Assembly (NCBI RefSeq): GCF_000400465.1
Contig: NW_008806276.1
Coordinates: 20,001-268,000, forward strand
DNA length: 248,000 nt
Source of the DNA: Wallemia ichthyophaga EXF-994
Taxonomy: Eukaryota > Fungi > Basidiomycota
Direction: 5' to 3'
The notes beneath the pieces were generated by a model. The model did no database searches. It was not told the origin of the DNA and saw nothing but the letters and a program-made list of their open reading frames with translations. A program made the position numbers and the translations under genes. Numbering within the stretch: the stretch's first letter is position 1; each line of letters begins with the position of its first letter. Shown in pieces: positions 64,484 to 78,325 of this stretch.

Positions 64484-64979
64484 ATGCATTTAAATAAGCT
64501 TTCACTAATGATTTACGCTTCTAAAGGTCTCTTTTCGTATTTATTACATCACATAGCTAAGAAATGCACATCGATGCCCATATTTTGCCACTTATACGAC
64601 TTCCTACGAGCTTGTATGTCAAAAACAAGCAATCTAAATGCTGCTAAATTCAACACTTTCTATTCTCCATTTATTCAATGTCATATATGGAACTATCACC
64701 AGGAACTCACCAGGAATTCACCGATTAGGAAGGAAGATAAAGATATCTAGGCACTTCATTATCAAACCTACATGCAAGAATACTATCGCTTAATTTCCGT
64801 CGCTTAATTGACCTTCACATGATTTATTGACCAGAACATACAGTTGATAAGATGTCTGATAAGGCGTCGATAAGGATGAGGATAAGTAGGGTCGTTTTTT
64901 CAATAACTCTTCTTTCACCAATGAATAAAGAAGAAAAAAGGAGCCTTCCATAAACTCAGCGTGTTTTTTTTTTTTTAAC

Positions 64980-65533
64980 AATGCCGAGCCGGAGTCTTCA
65001 ACAAAAAGGGGCTCTCATACCAGCCGAAATCTGAATAGACGTCATATCCAAATTTACGGAATAGGTGGTGTGAGTTGAAAGAGAAAGGAAAGGATTGATT
65101 GCTGATCTAAAAAGGTTATTGGGACGGCGGTGATTGTCACACTAGGAGAACAGAACACAGAAGCAGGTGTGTTTGTCTCGCGTAAAAATAAAACCACTCA
65201 AAACTCACAGGACCGCTATTCTTGTTGCTGGCTTATACCTTCTGGAGCTGCATAATCTACATCGTGAATTAATGTGTAGCAGTGCCCACTTGTCGTCTAC
65301 CAGTAGAGAATGATGCATTTGTGGATTTCGCTGGTAATTATATATCACCAGCGTTTGGTGTGTCTATTGGGTACAATTACTTTTTGTGCATGGTGAGAGC
65401 TATTGATTGAAGTGTAATCACGTAACAACATCTTCAGATAGGTCTTCTCTGCTTTGAAATTACAAACTTCGGAAACGCTATCAACTACTGGACCACAGAG
65501 CCATTACACCCGGCTATAATGGTATCTGCGAGT
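64980..65533 (+). pseudogene. Truncated 5' part of amino-acid permease
   Basis: Copy of 51700-52251 ending at the duplication junction. Confidence 0.7.
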
Positions 65534-66112
65534 GAACTGGAATCTTGCAATCCCTTCAATATCTAGCTTACCTTCGAAAAATAACTGACTACCTCCGCAA
65601 GGACTTTTGCTCAAATCAATAGTCTTATCTGAGTGATCATTAAGTACGGCGTATCCATGCCAACTATCGTCAAACTTTTGCTTTATACATTTAGTAGACC
65701 CCCTCGGTTTCTCGTTTGTTAACTTGTGGTTCATCGCACTTGATATCTTTTCCAAATGTGGATACTTGGTACATGAATTTTCCACGTAGAATTTGTAAGT
65801 GTTGTCTGATATTGCCGTTTCAATCACATTACATCTATATGTATACCAATCATAGATGGCAATGCCACTGTCATACGCAGCTCTCAGACCAAATGACAAG
65901 ATTCCGATAGAGAACCAGATTGGAACCTGATGCGTTGGAGAGCTATTGACAGGCAAATATTTAGGAAAAACCACGCGCATACTTTGAGATATAGAGTAAA
66001 AAATAGAAACATTTTCGAATGTCAAGCATTCATTATGAATGAAGTAGTTAGTGATAAGCTTGAGAAATAATGCTGCGCAATTGATGGCTATGACTTTGTG
66101 AATCGTTACCAT
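65504..66112 (-). CDS. Secreted CSS2-like protein, copy C (tail supplied by the junction)
   Basis: B-type C-terminus, one extra H>Y change, ends FTRRYHYSRV read across the breakpoint. Confidence 0.5.
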   Translation of the reverse strand: MVTIHKVIAINCAALFLKLITNYFIHNECLTFENVSIFYSISQSMRVVFPKYLPVNSSPTHQVPIWFSIGILSFGLRAAYDSGIAIYDWYTYRCNVIETAISDNTYKFYVENSCTKYPHLEKISSAMNHKLTNEKPRGSTKCIKQKFDDSWHGYAVLNDHSDKTIDLSKSPCGGSQLFFEGKLDIEGIARFQFTRRYHYSRV

Positions 66113-67253
66113 ATGATGAGAGTTGAGAGGATAGGACGCGACAGTGGATAGGCTGCTCGAAAGATTTCAATAATGATAACATTTCGTCTTTGACATTAAT
66201 TCTGATTACTTACTGAACACCCACTTCCAACTCCCAAACCTCTAGATGAGACGCTTCAATTTTAAACTTAGAATTCCATAAACCGTAATTGTTTATTCAA
66301 TTTACTTGAAGCTCCTCCGGCTGAAACTTTGTGTCATTTTGTCTACGACAACAGGAAACGCCCAATATTGAGACAATGACGCATTAAAGTACACGCCTTT
66401 TTATTTGTTTACAAGCTTCAGCCGAATCACTTGGCAGTTTCATTAAATGACGAGATGTGATGATAGAAGTGAGAAACATCAGCCCAGCTGGCTTTATAAG
66501 AAGCGCTATATCTTTCTTTCTTCTTCACAACTAAGAAAATTGAAATGTACTTCAACAACGTCAAAGCTCTCGCCGTTCTCGCCTTTACTAGCGCCATCGT
66601 ATTAGTAGCCGCTGCACCTAACCCAGCTGGCAACATCTCGTATCGCGGAGATGTAGGAGATGTCGGTCACAAGAATGAAAACTCTGAAAAGGGTGTGGAT
66701 GCCAAGAACAACGATAATTACGACAAATACGATAAGCAAGACAAGGAATCTCACGAAGAGGCGCTCAAGAAGCACAGCAAAGAGGTCGAAAAGCAGAAAA
66801 TGCTGACGAAAGAAGCTGCCGAAAAGAACAAAGCAAATGACAAGGTTGGTAATGACGAAGCTTGCTGAAAATTGGCTTACACAGTAATAGAACCAGAAGA
66901 CAGACGAGTACTGGAAGGGTGAGAAGAAAGATGACAACACGTACGACAACAAGTCTGGTAATAAGAAGCAAGACAATCAGTACGACACCAGTAAGAAACA
67001 AGATTCTGGCAAGCACGATACCGACATGAAACAAGAGCACTACAACGACAAAAAGCAAGACAATCACTACGACACCAGTAAGAAACAAGATTCTGGCAAG
67101 CACGATACCGACATGAAACAAGAACACGACAACGACAAGAAGCAAGACAATCACTACGATACCGACAAGAAAGACTAAGCTTCGATTGTTTGTTAAGCTT
67201 ATTGTACACTGTGTTCATACATGATTCTATCATTGAACAAAGATATTAATTTT
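65534..67253. repeat. Segmental duplication, copy C (partial)
   Basis: Repeats 60514 to about 63015 with only one full VNTR unit, then unique sequence. Confidence 0.93.
66545..67178 (+). CDS. Secreted D/K/H-rich repeat protein, copy C (1 full unit)
   Basis: Same exon 1 and intron, shortest repeat tract. Confidence 0.75.
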
Positions 67254-68327
67254 AGTATCGATAAGAACCTGCTTATCAAATAAATCTTCACATTTCCGAT
67301 GTATGAACCTCCCACCTGCGCAGTGATATCTGAGTTATCTATTCTCTAGGATGATTTGGGTGGCAGGTTTGAAGCTATTGAGTATTGCGCTAAGTCTGAG
67401 ATCAGTTTTACCATTCTGAAGCATTTGTTTGTCTGACAATCGGTGTTGATAAATCCTCGTTCATGTGAATCTCAATCCTGCGAATTAAAATCCATGCCAG
67501 TCAATGGAACGAAGGGAGCTCAGCCAACAGCTTTCTGTACACCACAAGCTGTACTTTATTATTGCAATTCCGACAGCGGGGCATTTCACCATCAACGCGC
67601 GTCTTATTATCGTTAAGCCTAACTATCACAGTCATTCTATCCAGACTCAGCTCATCAATATCACCCTTCACGAATTGGTCATGGATTAGCCCAATGAAGA
67701 ATTCTATCTCAGATATATGGCACCGATAGTGTAAAAACGGTAAAAAAATAGTCAAAAGCGAATGTTGCGCTAATGTGTATCGAAAAAGTTGCAACATTGT
67801 ATCGCATGTTATAAATCACAATCACGTTTGAGATTGTGTCAAGTGATGCCACTTTAATAGCATCAAGAATTATACATGGAAATTATGTTGGTAGAATGAA
67901 GTACAAAACGAGAATGCTCTACTTATTTTACTTAAATTTGGAAAATTTAAAATCCGAAACACTGAGACGAGGCAACCAATTTCCGAAATGGTAATCGCCG
68001 AAGGAAGACGAATAAGGAAATGAGCGATTCAATGAGCGGCGGAAGTCCTTCTTTAGCTCCACCATCAAGCTCATGCTCAAAGACAACAAGTGCAAGGTTG
68101 AGCAGGAAAGGGAGAGTCCGCCGCCATACTGCAGTATCTCAGAGTACAAACATATGCTGAGGGTGAAAGCGGAGATGATCAGTCCTGTGAAGCTTGTGGA
68201 CAAAATTCCGACTAATATGAAGTACGTAGTGTACATCTATGGCAATGAGGCTAATGAGGCTTGCTAGTAGTACATGTAATGCGAATATATAATACAACGC
68301 CATCTATAATCAATCTACTCCGGCTCG

Positions 68328-69668
68328 TTACCGGGAGAGAGATACTGCAGCTCTAATCCAATGCTCTGAACGGGTTTGTGAGGGTTGCTGAGGTCGGCGA
68401 CGAGACCGAGGGAAATGAGGAGGGACTTGAGTCTCCCTGCGTATTGAAGTGCTACTGACTGCAAAGGGAAATTAGTTAGTGTGTCTCAAAACACCCCCTG
68501 ACTCACCTTCTCTGTCGTGATTCTAGCTTTCACGTAGCCCTGAATGGGGTCTTTCTCGTCTATGGCTGTAGAAGCCGACAGAGGGATAGAGTTAACTGCA
68601 TTAGGTTTGAGTTTGAGTTCCTGCGAGTTCTCATCCCAATAAGTGTCATCGTCATTCCTCTCCTGCTCCCTCTCGCCCTCTTCGCTGCGGTGGATGGCCC
68701 ACTCAGCGCCAAGCGTGGTGACGCTCTCGTACGAAAATAGATTGAACTCAAACCGCGATGCCAGTGACAGACCACGCGCCACGGTCGCCGCGTATGTCCC
68801 GCTGAGGTATCCGGTGATGGGGCTGAGGAGTGCAACGAGGACGGTCGGCGGAGAGTGAGTGTCGGGGAGTGTCTGGAAGCGGAGACCTGTTGATACTGCG
68901 AGAGTGTGAGTGGGGTGTACCGTTTTTTAAAAAAAGCTACCCACCACCTGCTGACTTTTCGAGTGCGGATGCGTAGATTTCACCGCCGAGACTGAAATGT
69001 CCTTTGAGACCACCGGAACCATCGTCGTCAGGTTCTTCGTCTATGCGTGCTGTGTGTGGGGTGGATGGGGAGTGGGAGCTTTCGACACCCTTATCAATCA
69101 GACCAAAGTGAAAGAGAGAAGACGCGGATGCCATCCCGTCAGCCACTGAATAGGCCAATTCACTGGCATACTCCCCTTTGTCCTTTTGGTAGGTGATGTA
69201 CATTTCACTTGGCTCGTCGCGGGTTGGCGGGCGGGGATGGGATATGCTGGATACGAGGAGCTGCGAGTGGGGGCTGAGTCTGCGTGTATAGAGGGAATGT
69301 AAGCGTGAGGATGGGAGGTGTAGCTGGCCGTAGAGAAGGTAATGGTTGTGTGTGCTGGTCGGTACCTTTGGGAGGGCAGAAATGTTGAAGTTGTGGACAA
69401 GTGAGTGCAGCGTTGGTTTCTGGCGGGGCAAATCGGTTGAGCTGGCTAGATACGCAAGTGAGCCAGTGAGCGATGGCAGTATAGACAAGCTGCAGCTGCT
69501 AGCGAATGATTGCGTTGGGCATGAGGAGAGTGAGATTGAAAGTGCAGATGGCGGCGCAAAATCGAGAATGGCTGCAGATGCCCTATTTAGATTTGAATAT
69601 TGAGCATCTGGATTCCAATCTGTAGCCATGAAATAGCTGCGTAGAATATATTCAGCGTAATTGATCAT
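68328..69668 (-). CDS. MDM10: ERMES/SAM beta-barrel protein Mdm10
   Basis: YILRSYFMATDWN..YSNLNRAS..ILDF, LLYGQLHLPSSRLHSLYTRRLSP, HFSLGGEIY. Confidence 0.87.
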
Positions 69669-69691
69669 GACTGTTGTTAAGAAGAACAATC

Positions 69692-71714
69692 ATGAGATGC
69701 CCAATCTGCAGAACGCGGAGATGGACAAAGGATCCTTCGTCTGGGCATGTAATGTGCGTTGAGGGACACATACATGAGGTTATTATGGCGCATCTCTCCA
69801 ACTCCAATCACTTACGTCTCTCAGGGCTTCCGCAACGAGACGCAGGAAGATGGCGCGATAAGGCATCAAGCACAGCAGCGATACATAAAAAAAGGCAGAC
69901 AAGTGCGCAAGAAAGTACTCAAAAGCCATGCTTGTCAGTGCGTACACTAGACTATCCACCTTATCTAATCCCGCTGCAGGGTACTCTGGCGACAAGCTTC
70001 GATTTCTGCATCTTCAAGCCCAGCAGTTGATTCTACGCAGGCAAGTGGAATGTTTGATTGCTATCTGGGGGCTACCCAACGAGTTTGAGGTACGCTGGGT
70101 TGTAAATACCACGCAAACCACGCAAACCACTCACATTCTCTAGATCGTCATACGCGACCTCTGGGCTCTCAGAGTATCCCTCCTCAAAGACCTCGTAGCC
70201 GCTCCTATTGAAATGGCACGCAGGCGGAGCACGCACGAACAAACCGACGACGAGGACGATAAGGAGGACGATAAGGAGGATAGTAAAGAGGACACGAAAC
70301 ACGACGATAAAGAAGAACCCAGCGATAACTCCGATGACGCACTCGAAGACCCCGATGAAATGCTCGGCAATCTCGAAACCCCACCTTCAGACGAAGACAT
70401 GAACCAGCCTCAGACTATGGAGGAGGCACTCGAAGCAGCTAACCGGGTAAAAACGACACGCCGTGTACAAAGTGCAGTGGATGAATTCAGCATGATATGG
70501 CTATTAGCCGTGCTGAATTTGGGATTCTGGACACTCCGCTTGCCCGTCTTCCACCTCGACTTTAAGGCAGCCTTGCAAGACCGGCGTGTGCCATACATGG
70601 ATGCTCTTGCATACCTCCCTGAACCCATCAAAGCGCGTCTCAACCCGAGCTCACGCACGTCTTTCCAAGCAGAGGTGAGCGTTGCCTGGATTTTTAGGTA
70701 GCTCGAAAAAAACACTCACACGCTCTAGACCCTTCCATCTCTGCGCAAAGTACACCGCGCATCTATCTACCTCGCCAGACAGATGCGGGAGCGATACGCG
70801 GTGACGTTCAGTGACTACAACGTGACACCAGTTTTATGGCGCTGCGTACATGATCTTGGTTTGCCACCGACTATGCACACGCTTTGCATGGAGATGGTGC
70901 AGCGCATCGGCATCAGCTTCTCTCTCCTCCCCCACCACCGCATGGGCAAGCGCAGCAAACACAGGAAGGGCGAAGCTTGCGCTCCTGAAATTATTGCTAT
71001 GGCTGTTGTTGTCTCCGTGTGCACCCTCGTGTATAACTTAGACAACGAGGTGACTGACCAGCCCCGAATAAGGAGCCTTCTCGACAAGAACAAGTGGATT
71101 ATGTCGCTAGATAAACACTTCAAACTTTCGGATAGTATCTTGAATGACCAGGTGTAAGTGGGAGTGGGAGTTTAGACAGTCAGTTCATTCATTCTCACAA
71201 ACACCCCACAGGCAAATCATAGACGCTACAGACGAACAGGTAGACGATTTTCTCGATTACATGGAACGGACTGTCCCAGTGGCAGACGAGGACACAATTA
71301 GAAGTGAGTAATGCAGCACACACAGTGCGATTCAAAACCTAACAAACCGCAGCCTGGCCACCGCTAGCCGACGAACTTAGACGCACGGGCGACCCTCACC
71401 GCATACCTGCCGTTAAACAAGACAGTAATTGGTTTCACAGCCTCTACGAAGATCGCATCCCTCTCGACGCATACCCAGCCCAGCCTGAGGCCAACCTGGT
71501 CCGCTCCTACCATACCTCTGATAGAATGGGCGACTATCCCATCCTTTACGACAGACTACTCAAGGCATCCGCTAAGGCCATAGGGGTATCCCATCCAGAG
71601 GAAATTGCTCACACTGTCGAAATGTTTCACAAAAGACTAGGGCTAGCCAGCAAGCAAACCAGTTCGAGGAGAACTAGCGTTGCGTCAGAAGGAGGGATTA
71701 ACATGTACTTTTAA
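69692..71714 (+). CDS. RRN7: RNA polymerase I core factor subunit Rrn7/TAF1B
   Basis: N-terminal zinc ribbon CPICRTRRW...CVEGH, multi-exon cyclin-like body. Confidence 0.7.
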
Positions 71715-72089
71715 ACCTACTATTAGGGTGTGTAGTAAGAGTGTAAGATACAAGAAATTGATATTAGACTGTTCAAAAAGAAACAAGACATTGACTGCCG
71801 CAATTGACATATCTCAAAATCTAGTGAGCGTGCTCGACGGTATAAAATGCGCGTTTTCTTTTAGCAGATTCAAGCAATTGGTACTTTTACATGGCCCAAG
71901 CTATCACTATCGCACGTGTACATGTCAGCATGAAACTTTTAGCTGTACAAGACAATAGAACGTCTAGATATTACCACCTATAGTTATTCATTTTAAGCCT
72001 CAAAGGCAACCTGCTAATGACAAAGTGAGTGAGAAGCGATGTATGTCATATACTGATAATTTGAACAATCTAACAAGACCATCAGATTC

Positions 72090-72480
72090 AAAGCACCTTC
72101 AGCATTCCAAACTTATCTGCAACTTAACCTTCCGATCCATGTACGCCGAGTTGAGTTTCTCCCCTACCACCCACCTCATCTCAAGTGTCTGATTTTCGAC
72201 TTGTGATAATCTCCAAATAAAAAAGCTTGATAAATAGCCCTGAATGAGCTTGACAAATTTCGCCAGATTTATATCCCTGAGGCTCAAACTCATCTCTGTA
72301 GGCTATTCGGAAGCTAACCTAAGTAGACGCCGCTCTGTCTTTTCAAAGCCTTTGTCGATTTTGTCTTCCAGGGCCTGCGCTCGTTTGAGTGATGATTACT
72401 TCAATGTATTTTCATAATCCTCGTTGTTAAAATTATCAATTTCTAGCGCGAGCTTGCTAAGGAGGTTTTCCGTATCTGCC
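72090..72480 (-). pseudogene. Degenerate relic homologous to 880-1850
   Basis: LEDKIDKGFEKT vs EEKVDRGFEKT; second block alignable; in-frame stops. Confidence 0.35.
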
Positions 72481-73586
72481 GAACGCCTAAGCTAATTATT
72501 GCTCTACTTGATACCTTTAATTTGTTTGGTTTATTGCACATATTCCAGTATTTCTGCTAGTCAAATGTATCCTTGATAGTCAAGGAAATGGTTGGGTGTC
72601 TCAAATAAGACTGTGTAAATGCATTCAGTGGTTCAACGACCTAATCACACTCAATGATTGAGAGAAAGCGTGAAGCTCTATGCATAAGTGATTATTAGTC
72701 AAGTCTAAATGTATACTCGATAAGCTAAACATTCCATTGAGACACTCTGGCTAATCACCGTGGTATGGATTTATGTTGTAAAACTCATAGAATGTGAAAG
72801 TTTTGAGTCATTTGCGCGACTAAAATGTATCTTATGTGAAAACTTTCCCAATCCACTCACCACGTCCGGCCAGTGCTGGTGTATTCTTTTCCCAAGCTTT
72901 ACAATGTATATGAAATAAAACTTGTTTAGTTGGGGCTCAAAGATACACTCCAACTTTTTACTCCTTTTTTCGCCGATAAAAACACGCGGCGTCTACAAGG
73001 GTGTAAGCGTGATATATGCTGTATACAACCGACATTAATTAGGCGTAGAGGATTAATTTACGTGCAAGCTATTTTTGTGCTATGTGTTATTTGCTATGTG
73101 TGCCGGTTGTGTTGTGTGTTAGTACGTCTTTCGCGACATGCAGCGCGCCTCCATTGTCCAGCACAGGCGGATGTAGATTGTGATCAGGCACCTTATGCAA
73201 TACAAAATAGACCTTGATCATGGCAGGGATGCTTTTGAAGGTGCTTCGAGGAGAAGGACACGTATACTCACGCTATACAACAATATTGGCCATTTTCGAT
73301 CTGGAAATGATTTACTTTGCTTTTGCGAGATAGTGAAAATAAGGGGATAATCCGGCTATCATATAGTGCTTGAAGGTATGTATTAATCTTGATATTAAAC
73401 CCGTATCTATCAATACTGTTTGTGCACCAAGCTAAGCTTATACCAGCAGCTGAGGGGCAATGACGCCCAGCAACATACCAAAAGAAACTAAAAGCTTCAA
73501 TAATAATGCATAGAAGTACAAATAAAGTCATGGCTAAGTGTTCTAGATTAGGCGAGGTAGAACGAGTACAGAGCCAACATCCCCGC

Positions 73587-74036
73587 TTAGATGATAGACA
73601 ATGGAGTGCAGCCTGTGACAAGTTAGAAGGGAAAAGAGTGAAAATTCTCCACTCACCAACACCAACGAGGCCGTCTGATTCCATGTCCTCGCAACAAACT
73701 GGAGTGTTCTTGCACTCGTCTGCAGTGTGTTAGATTTGAGAAGGTGATGAAACCTTTACGAACCCTCTATTGCTACGCCGATCAAAAGAGGGACTTGATC
73801 ACATTGAACACCAACTTGAGATGCAATGTCGCCAGTTGAGATGAGGGCGTCGTTCTTGCCGGTGCTGGATTGAGCCTTCTTGTTAAGGTCACCTTAGCAG
73901 TGTGAGACGGTGTCAATCTACACGTCTCATACTTACAACAACTGATAGTGCCAGTGTTACATGAGCCGGTCTTGGATTCCCAGCCAGCAGAGGCGGCAGC
74001 GATGAGACCAACGGTGAAGACTGTTTGAGCGATCAT
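73587..74036 (-). CDS. Class I hydrophobin
   Basis: Signal peptide and 8 Cys (C..CC..C..C..CC..C) over 4 exons; paralog of 169292-169760. Confidence 0.88.
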
Positions 74037-74559
74037 TGTGTGAGATGGGAATTTGGAGATGGGGTTGTAGAGAGATTGTGTAGTGCAGCTCTTTATAGCA
74101 GAAGCATTCCTGCACTAAAGTTGTACATACACTAGCGCACTAACGGAAATGTACGCACTAATTTACGTTCGGAATGGAGTTGTGATCTTATGCGAGATGA
74201 GCTTGGAATGTCAGAGATATTGTGTAGTGAAAGTATTGTTTATTTTGTTAAATTTGCACTGGCAACGAAAGCAAGACATCGCTTGTCTTTTTCCCTGCGG
74301 TACTCCCACCTTTCTTGGAACTCGGCTCAATATGCAGTCTAGTGGAAAAAGTACAACGTAAATCTATATGCATGACTAGTGGTATATTTGCGTGCGACGA
74401 GTGAAGGTGTGCGCTTGCGTCCGGCAAGGCACGAGGCGAGGTGAGGCAAATGACATACGACAAACGAGTTGGCGAGAAACCGAGCAGCCAAGCGCTGAAA
74501 AGCATTAAAAACCCTCCTAGACTTTATCTTCCAAGGCACTCTTCTCCTAATACATCCCG

Positions 74560-76747
74560 CTAATCGCCCTTCTGACGCAATTTCTGGCGCAAGTCAGCAA
74601 CTTCAGTCTGAAGGCTGTTTATGAATGGATTGGGTTAGTGAGGAGGCTACCGCACAAGGTAGGGCCCACCTATTAAGCTCATCGAGCATTCCGAGCGACT
74701 TATCCATCTGCATCTGCTTGAAAGCCTGTATATCATCCTCTCTATGTGCGAGCGACAAACGGAGGCTATCAATTTCCCCTGATTTCCTCTGTGCGTCGAG
74801 CTCCTTCTCCATTTGCGTGAGTTCTTCGCGCAGAACTTGGCACTCTTTCCTACTGCAGGGTTGCGTCAACGTGAATGTAACAAAAACACATATGCTCACA
74901 TCTCCCCGTCCTTCTTCGCAGCGTGTGACAAACTGGTCTGTAAATCGACCACCTGCTTCTTGTACGCTTCGAGAGCCATCTTGAAGTCAAGTGCGAGTTT
75001 GTGTGCTTTCTCCGCATTGCTCTGGTGTGAGTGTGGTGTTAGAATGTCAAATGATCTCACATACACTGAAAACTCAACCCACCTTGTACAGATTCGCTGT
75101 CTCAGCATTCAGGAGGATTCGTTCGATGAAGTGGCGGTTATCACTGACGAGAGTCTTTACGCGGGCTGTGAACGCGCTCAGCGAGAAACGGTCAGAGTGG
75201 CGCTCCTTTGAGCGTTGAAGAACCTGCTTGAGAGTTTCTATATCAGGTTGCGAAAGTGTGGGAGAAGTGGAAACGATGAGAGGGTGCGATGGGGAGCGCT
75301 GTGTGATTGGCGACGGTATGGCATTCCACAGCCCCCGTACAACTAGACCTAACGTCTCCGTCGATAGCCTGTCTTCGGTCATTGCAGCGGGTATTGATGT
75401 TGATGTTGATGTCGATGTTGACGTTGACGCTGACGCACCTCTACTATGTCTTTCCTTGCCTTTGTCTTCCACTTTCGTTTTCTCGTTCTCCCGCCCCCTC
75501 AGCTCCTGTTCGTAGGAAGCATTGCTGTCCTTGTAGAAGGTCTGGCTCGCTTGCTGTCTCATTTCTAGCTGACGCTCGAGCATGGAAATGTGCTGCTTAA
75601 ACTCGCTCTCCATGCCTCGCGTTGCATTCCAGTGGTGATCCATATCGCTGCTCTGGCTCTTGAGGGTGTCTTCAAGCTGCTTAGTGTGTTTCTCACCGTT
75701 TGCACACTGTTCGCGCAAGCTAGCCAATTCACCGTGGCAATGAGCTTCGGCCTTTCTAACGCGCGCCAACTCCGCGTCAATAGCCGCTGTAACCGACGAG
75801 AGTGAGTGGAGTGGGTTATGGGGGTCGTGAACGTAAGTTATGCGATGCGCGTCGAGCACACCCCCTAGCGCACCTACGCCCCCTGTTAGCGTATCTCGTG
75901 TTGACACAACTGCGCTAAATTCATCCAAACTGCTTTGTAGACGGCTTTGGAGAGTGTGCGTGTGGTCCGTTTTCTCGATCACTGTGGCGTGCGATCGCTC
76001 AAGTTGCTGCCGTAGTGCCGCATTGGCATGTCTTTCCTCAGCCAGTTGAGCTTGGAGGTGGGATATTTGCGTGTGTGGATGCATGTCACTCTCACTCTCC
76101 ACATCCTCACCTTGATTCTCACCCACACTCTCAAACCGACTTGCGCGGTCATTGTTGGCGTGAAAATGGCTGCTGTGGGGGATAGGCGAGGTGTTTTGTT
76201 TCTGTAGAAGCTGCTTAGACTGGATGAAGCGTGCTAGAACGCCGGCCTGGTGGTGGAGGAGCTGACTCTGGAGGTGAAGGAGTCTAGAGCGATGTCTACT
76301 GAGTACCTTCTCCAAGTTGTCTACTTTTTGGGAGGATTGGGTGAGCTGAGCCGTGTGCTGTGCAGTGTTTAGACCCCCGCTGCCTAGGCTCGAGCTTAAC
76401 GCCTGTAACGCACTCATTACGCTACTCTCCGTCTGCAGCCGCTGTGAGTATAGTTGCGCCTTGTGCGCGACGTGTGCATGCTCCATTTTGACCCACTCCA
76501 ATTCGTCGTCGTCGAGTGCGTCGTAGTTGGAAGCATCAATCACACTCTGTGTCGCTTGCAGGATTTTATGGTAGCCAGCCAGTATATCCCGCTTCGCTGT
76601 GCTCCTGGGGCTGGAGTTGGTTTGAAGGAACGAGGGTGGTGAGCTGGGCGGTGTGGAGATAGCGGAGAATTCCCCATAGCCGATAGCGGCATCGTTGTCG
76701 TAATTGCTGCAATTGTTGCCGTTACCGGCAGAACTCGATGAGCTCAT
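74560..76747 (-). CDS. Coiled-coil protein with Uds1 (up-regulated during septation)-like domain
   Basis: DDELEWVKMEH...LQTESSVMSALQAL...LLHHQAGVL pattern. Confidence 0.6.
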
Positions 76748-76924
76748 CTCCGCACTGCGAGGTGTTGGTGGTTAAGGTTCAAGGGGCTGAAGCAGAGGTG
76801 ATGTCAGTAACGCGAACGCGGCCACTAGCAAGCACAACAAGCCTATAGACAGTCTCACAAAGCTTGTCCAGCCGCGCTACTGTAGAATATATCGAAATGA
76901 AAATTTTGTAAGAAATGTCAAAAA

Positions 76925-78271
76925 CTACAACGGCAACTCCACCATAGCCCGTCTGACGCTCTTGACGGGTGGGAATGGGTGTGGTTTGTTTGCTAAGAAA
77001 TCGCTCAGCACAACTTTCTGCTGCTGGTGTGCGATGTAGCCCTTCATGTATCCCTTGAAGATCATCCCTGCGAGCAAACACTCGACTTCTGCAGTCTCAA
77101 TGTACACGCCCGAGACACTGAGCGCGATTCTGAACAAGGCTATATCGATAATTTTAGCTTTCTTGTTGAGAAGCCACACCTTCTTGAATAGACCGCGCAG
77201 GCACACCTCGCGCACCCTCTCGACTACGCCATAGGTACCACTTTCCACTAATCTCCGCTCGCCGTGCACCAGAGCCTCATCGAACTGCTTCACGTTGCCC
77301 GTCTGCAGCGCGTTGACGAAGGGATGGTAGAGTGTGTGCAGGGCGGGGAAGGTACCGAGAAGGTGGGGGGACGGGAGGTCACCCTGCATGAGGCGTAAGG
77401 GGATGAGGTGAGTAAGGATGAGTCTGTGTGTGATGTGTGAGTGTGTATATCGCTGAAAAAACCCACACACACTCTTGATTCCTGTGGTATTTCACAGGCG
77501 TTCTCTCCAACGCATATGTCAAATCCTCGTTACCCTATAGCCACGTAAGACGGGTAAAACCACCTGAGAACTACCCACCTTATCGAATTTGTCGTCGAGG
77601 AAAGCCAAGACACCTGTGTAGTATTTGAAAGTGACTTGGTGGGCTTTAGGGTAAGTGTGGAGCGGCATGAGGTCCTTCATTGCAGCCACAGCTCTGAGGA
77701 TGTTCTTGCAGAGTGACAGAGCGTTTATTTCAAAGTAAGTTTTGAATACGAGGCCAATGACGTAGTATACACCCCACCGCTTGGATTCACGCCCAGCGGA
77801 TTTATGCTGTATGCACGCAGTGAAAGCCTTGTTGAGGAAGCGAGCACATTCGTCTAGGGCATATGGCTTCCGGTGGGTCTGTGTGCATTCCTCGTCTGCC
77901 CTCCTCGCGAGCGTGCGCAGATCCCTGCTGATGGTGTAGAGACACTTGAGGTCGAAGCTGCTACCGTGGGGCTGGAAGAAGCGGATAAACTCCTGCGCGA
78001 GTGTGTGCTGGTGCTGGAACGCGAGTGTGTGGTGTTGGTTGTAGCGTGCATGCACAGCGAAAGCGTGGTACACGCACATGGCGTCGAATGGGCTGCGCTG
78101 GGTGCGTGTGAGCGTCTCGCGCATCCTCCCGTCCAGTCGATCAACCGCGTTGGCCAGATACGCCCGATTCGGGAGATCGACGGCGGAGAAGAGATGGGCG
78201 AGTGAGTCTGCGTCGCTGCGCCGTCTGCTTTCCTTGACAGCTTCCTGGAAATTAATAATTTCTGTGCTCAT
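76925..78271 (-). CDS. PCI-domain protein PCID2/Thp1/Csn12 type
   Basis: SKRWGVYYVIGLVFKTYF, AHQVTFKYYTG, EVECLLAGMIFKGYMKGYI. Confidence 0.83.
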
Positions 78272-78325
78272 GGTCGTTCGAGAGGGAGTACACCGCAACC
78301 ACCACGAGCAGCTACAGCGAGCAGG

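Larger units (their letters stand above)
58574..65533. repeat. Segmental duplication, copy B
   Basis: Matches copy A up to a breakpoint inside the permease 5' region (ctgcgagt|gaactgg). Confidence 0.95.

Noticed and set aside
45990-67253. Treating the duplication as a pure assembly artefact
   Set aside because: Three different VNTR lengths, a copy-specific SNP patch, an older diverged W/W' pair and a precise novel junction favour real structure; long reads are still needed.
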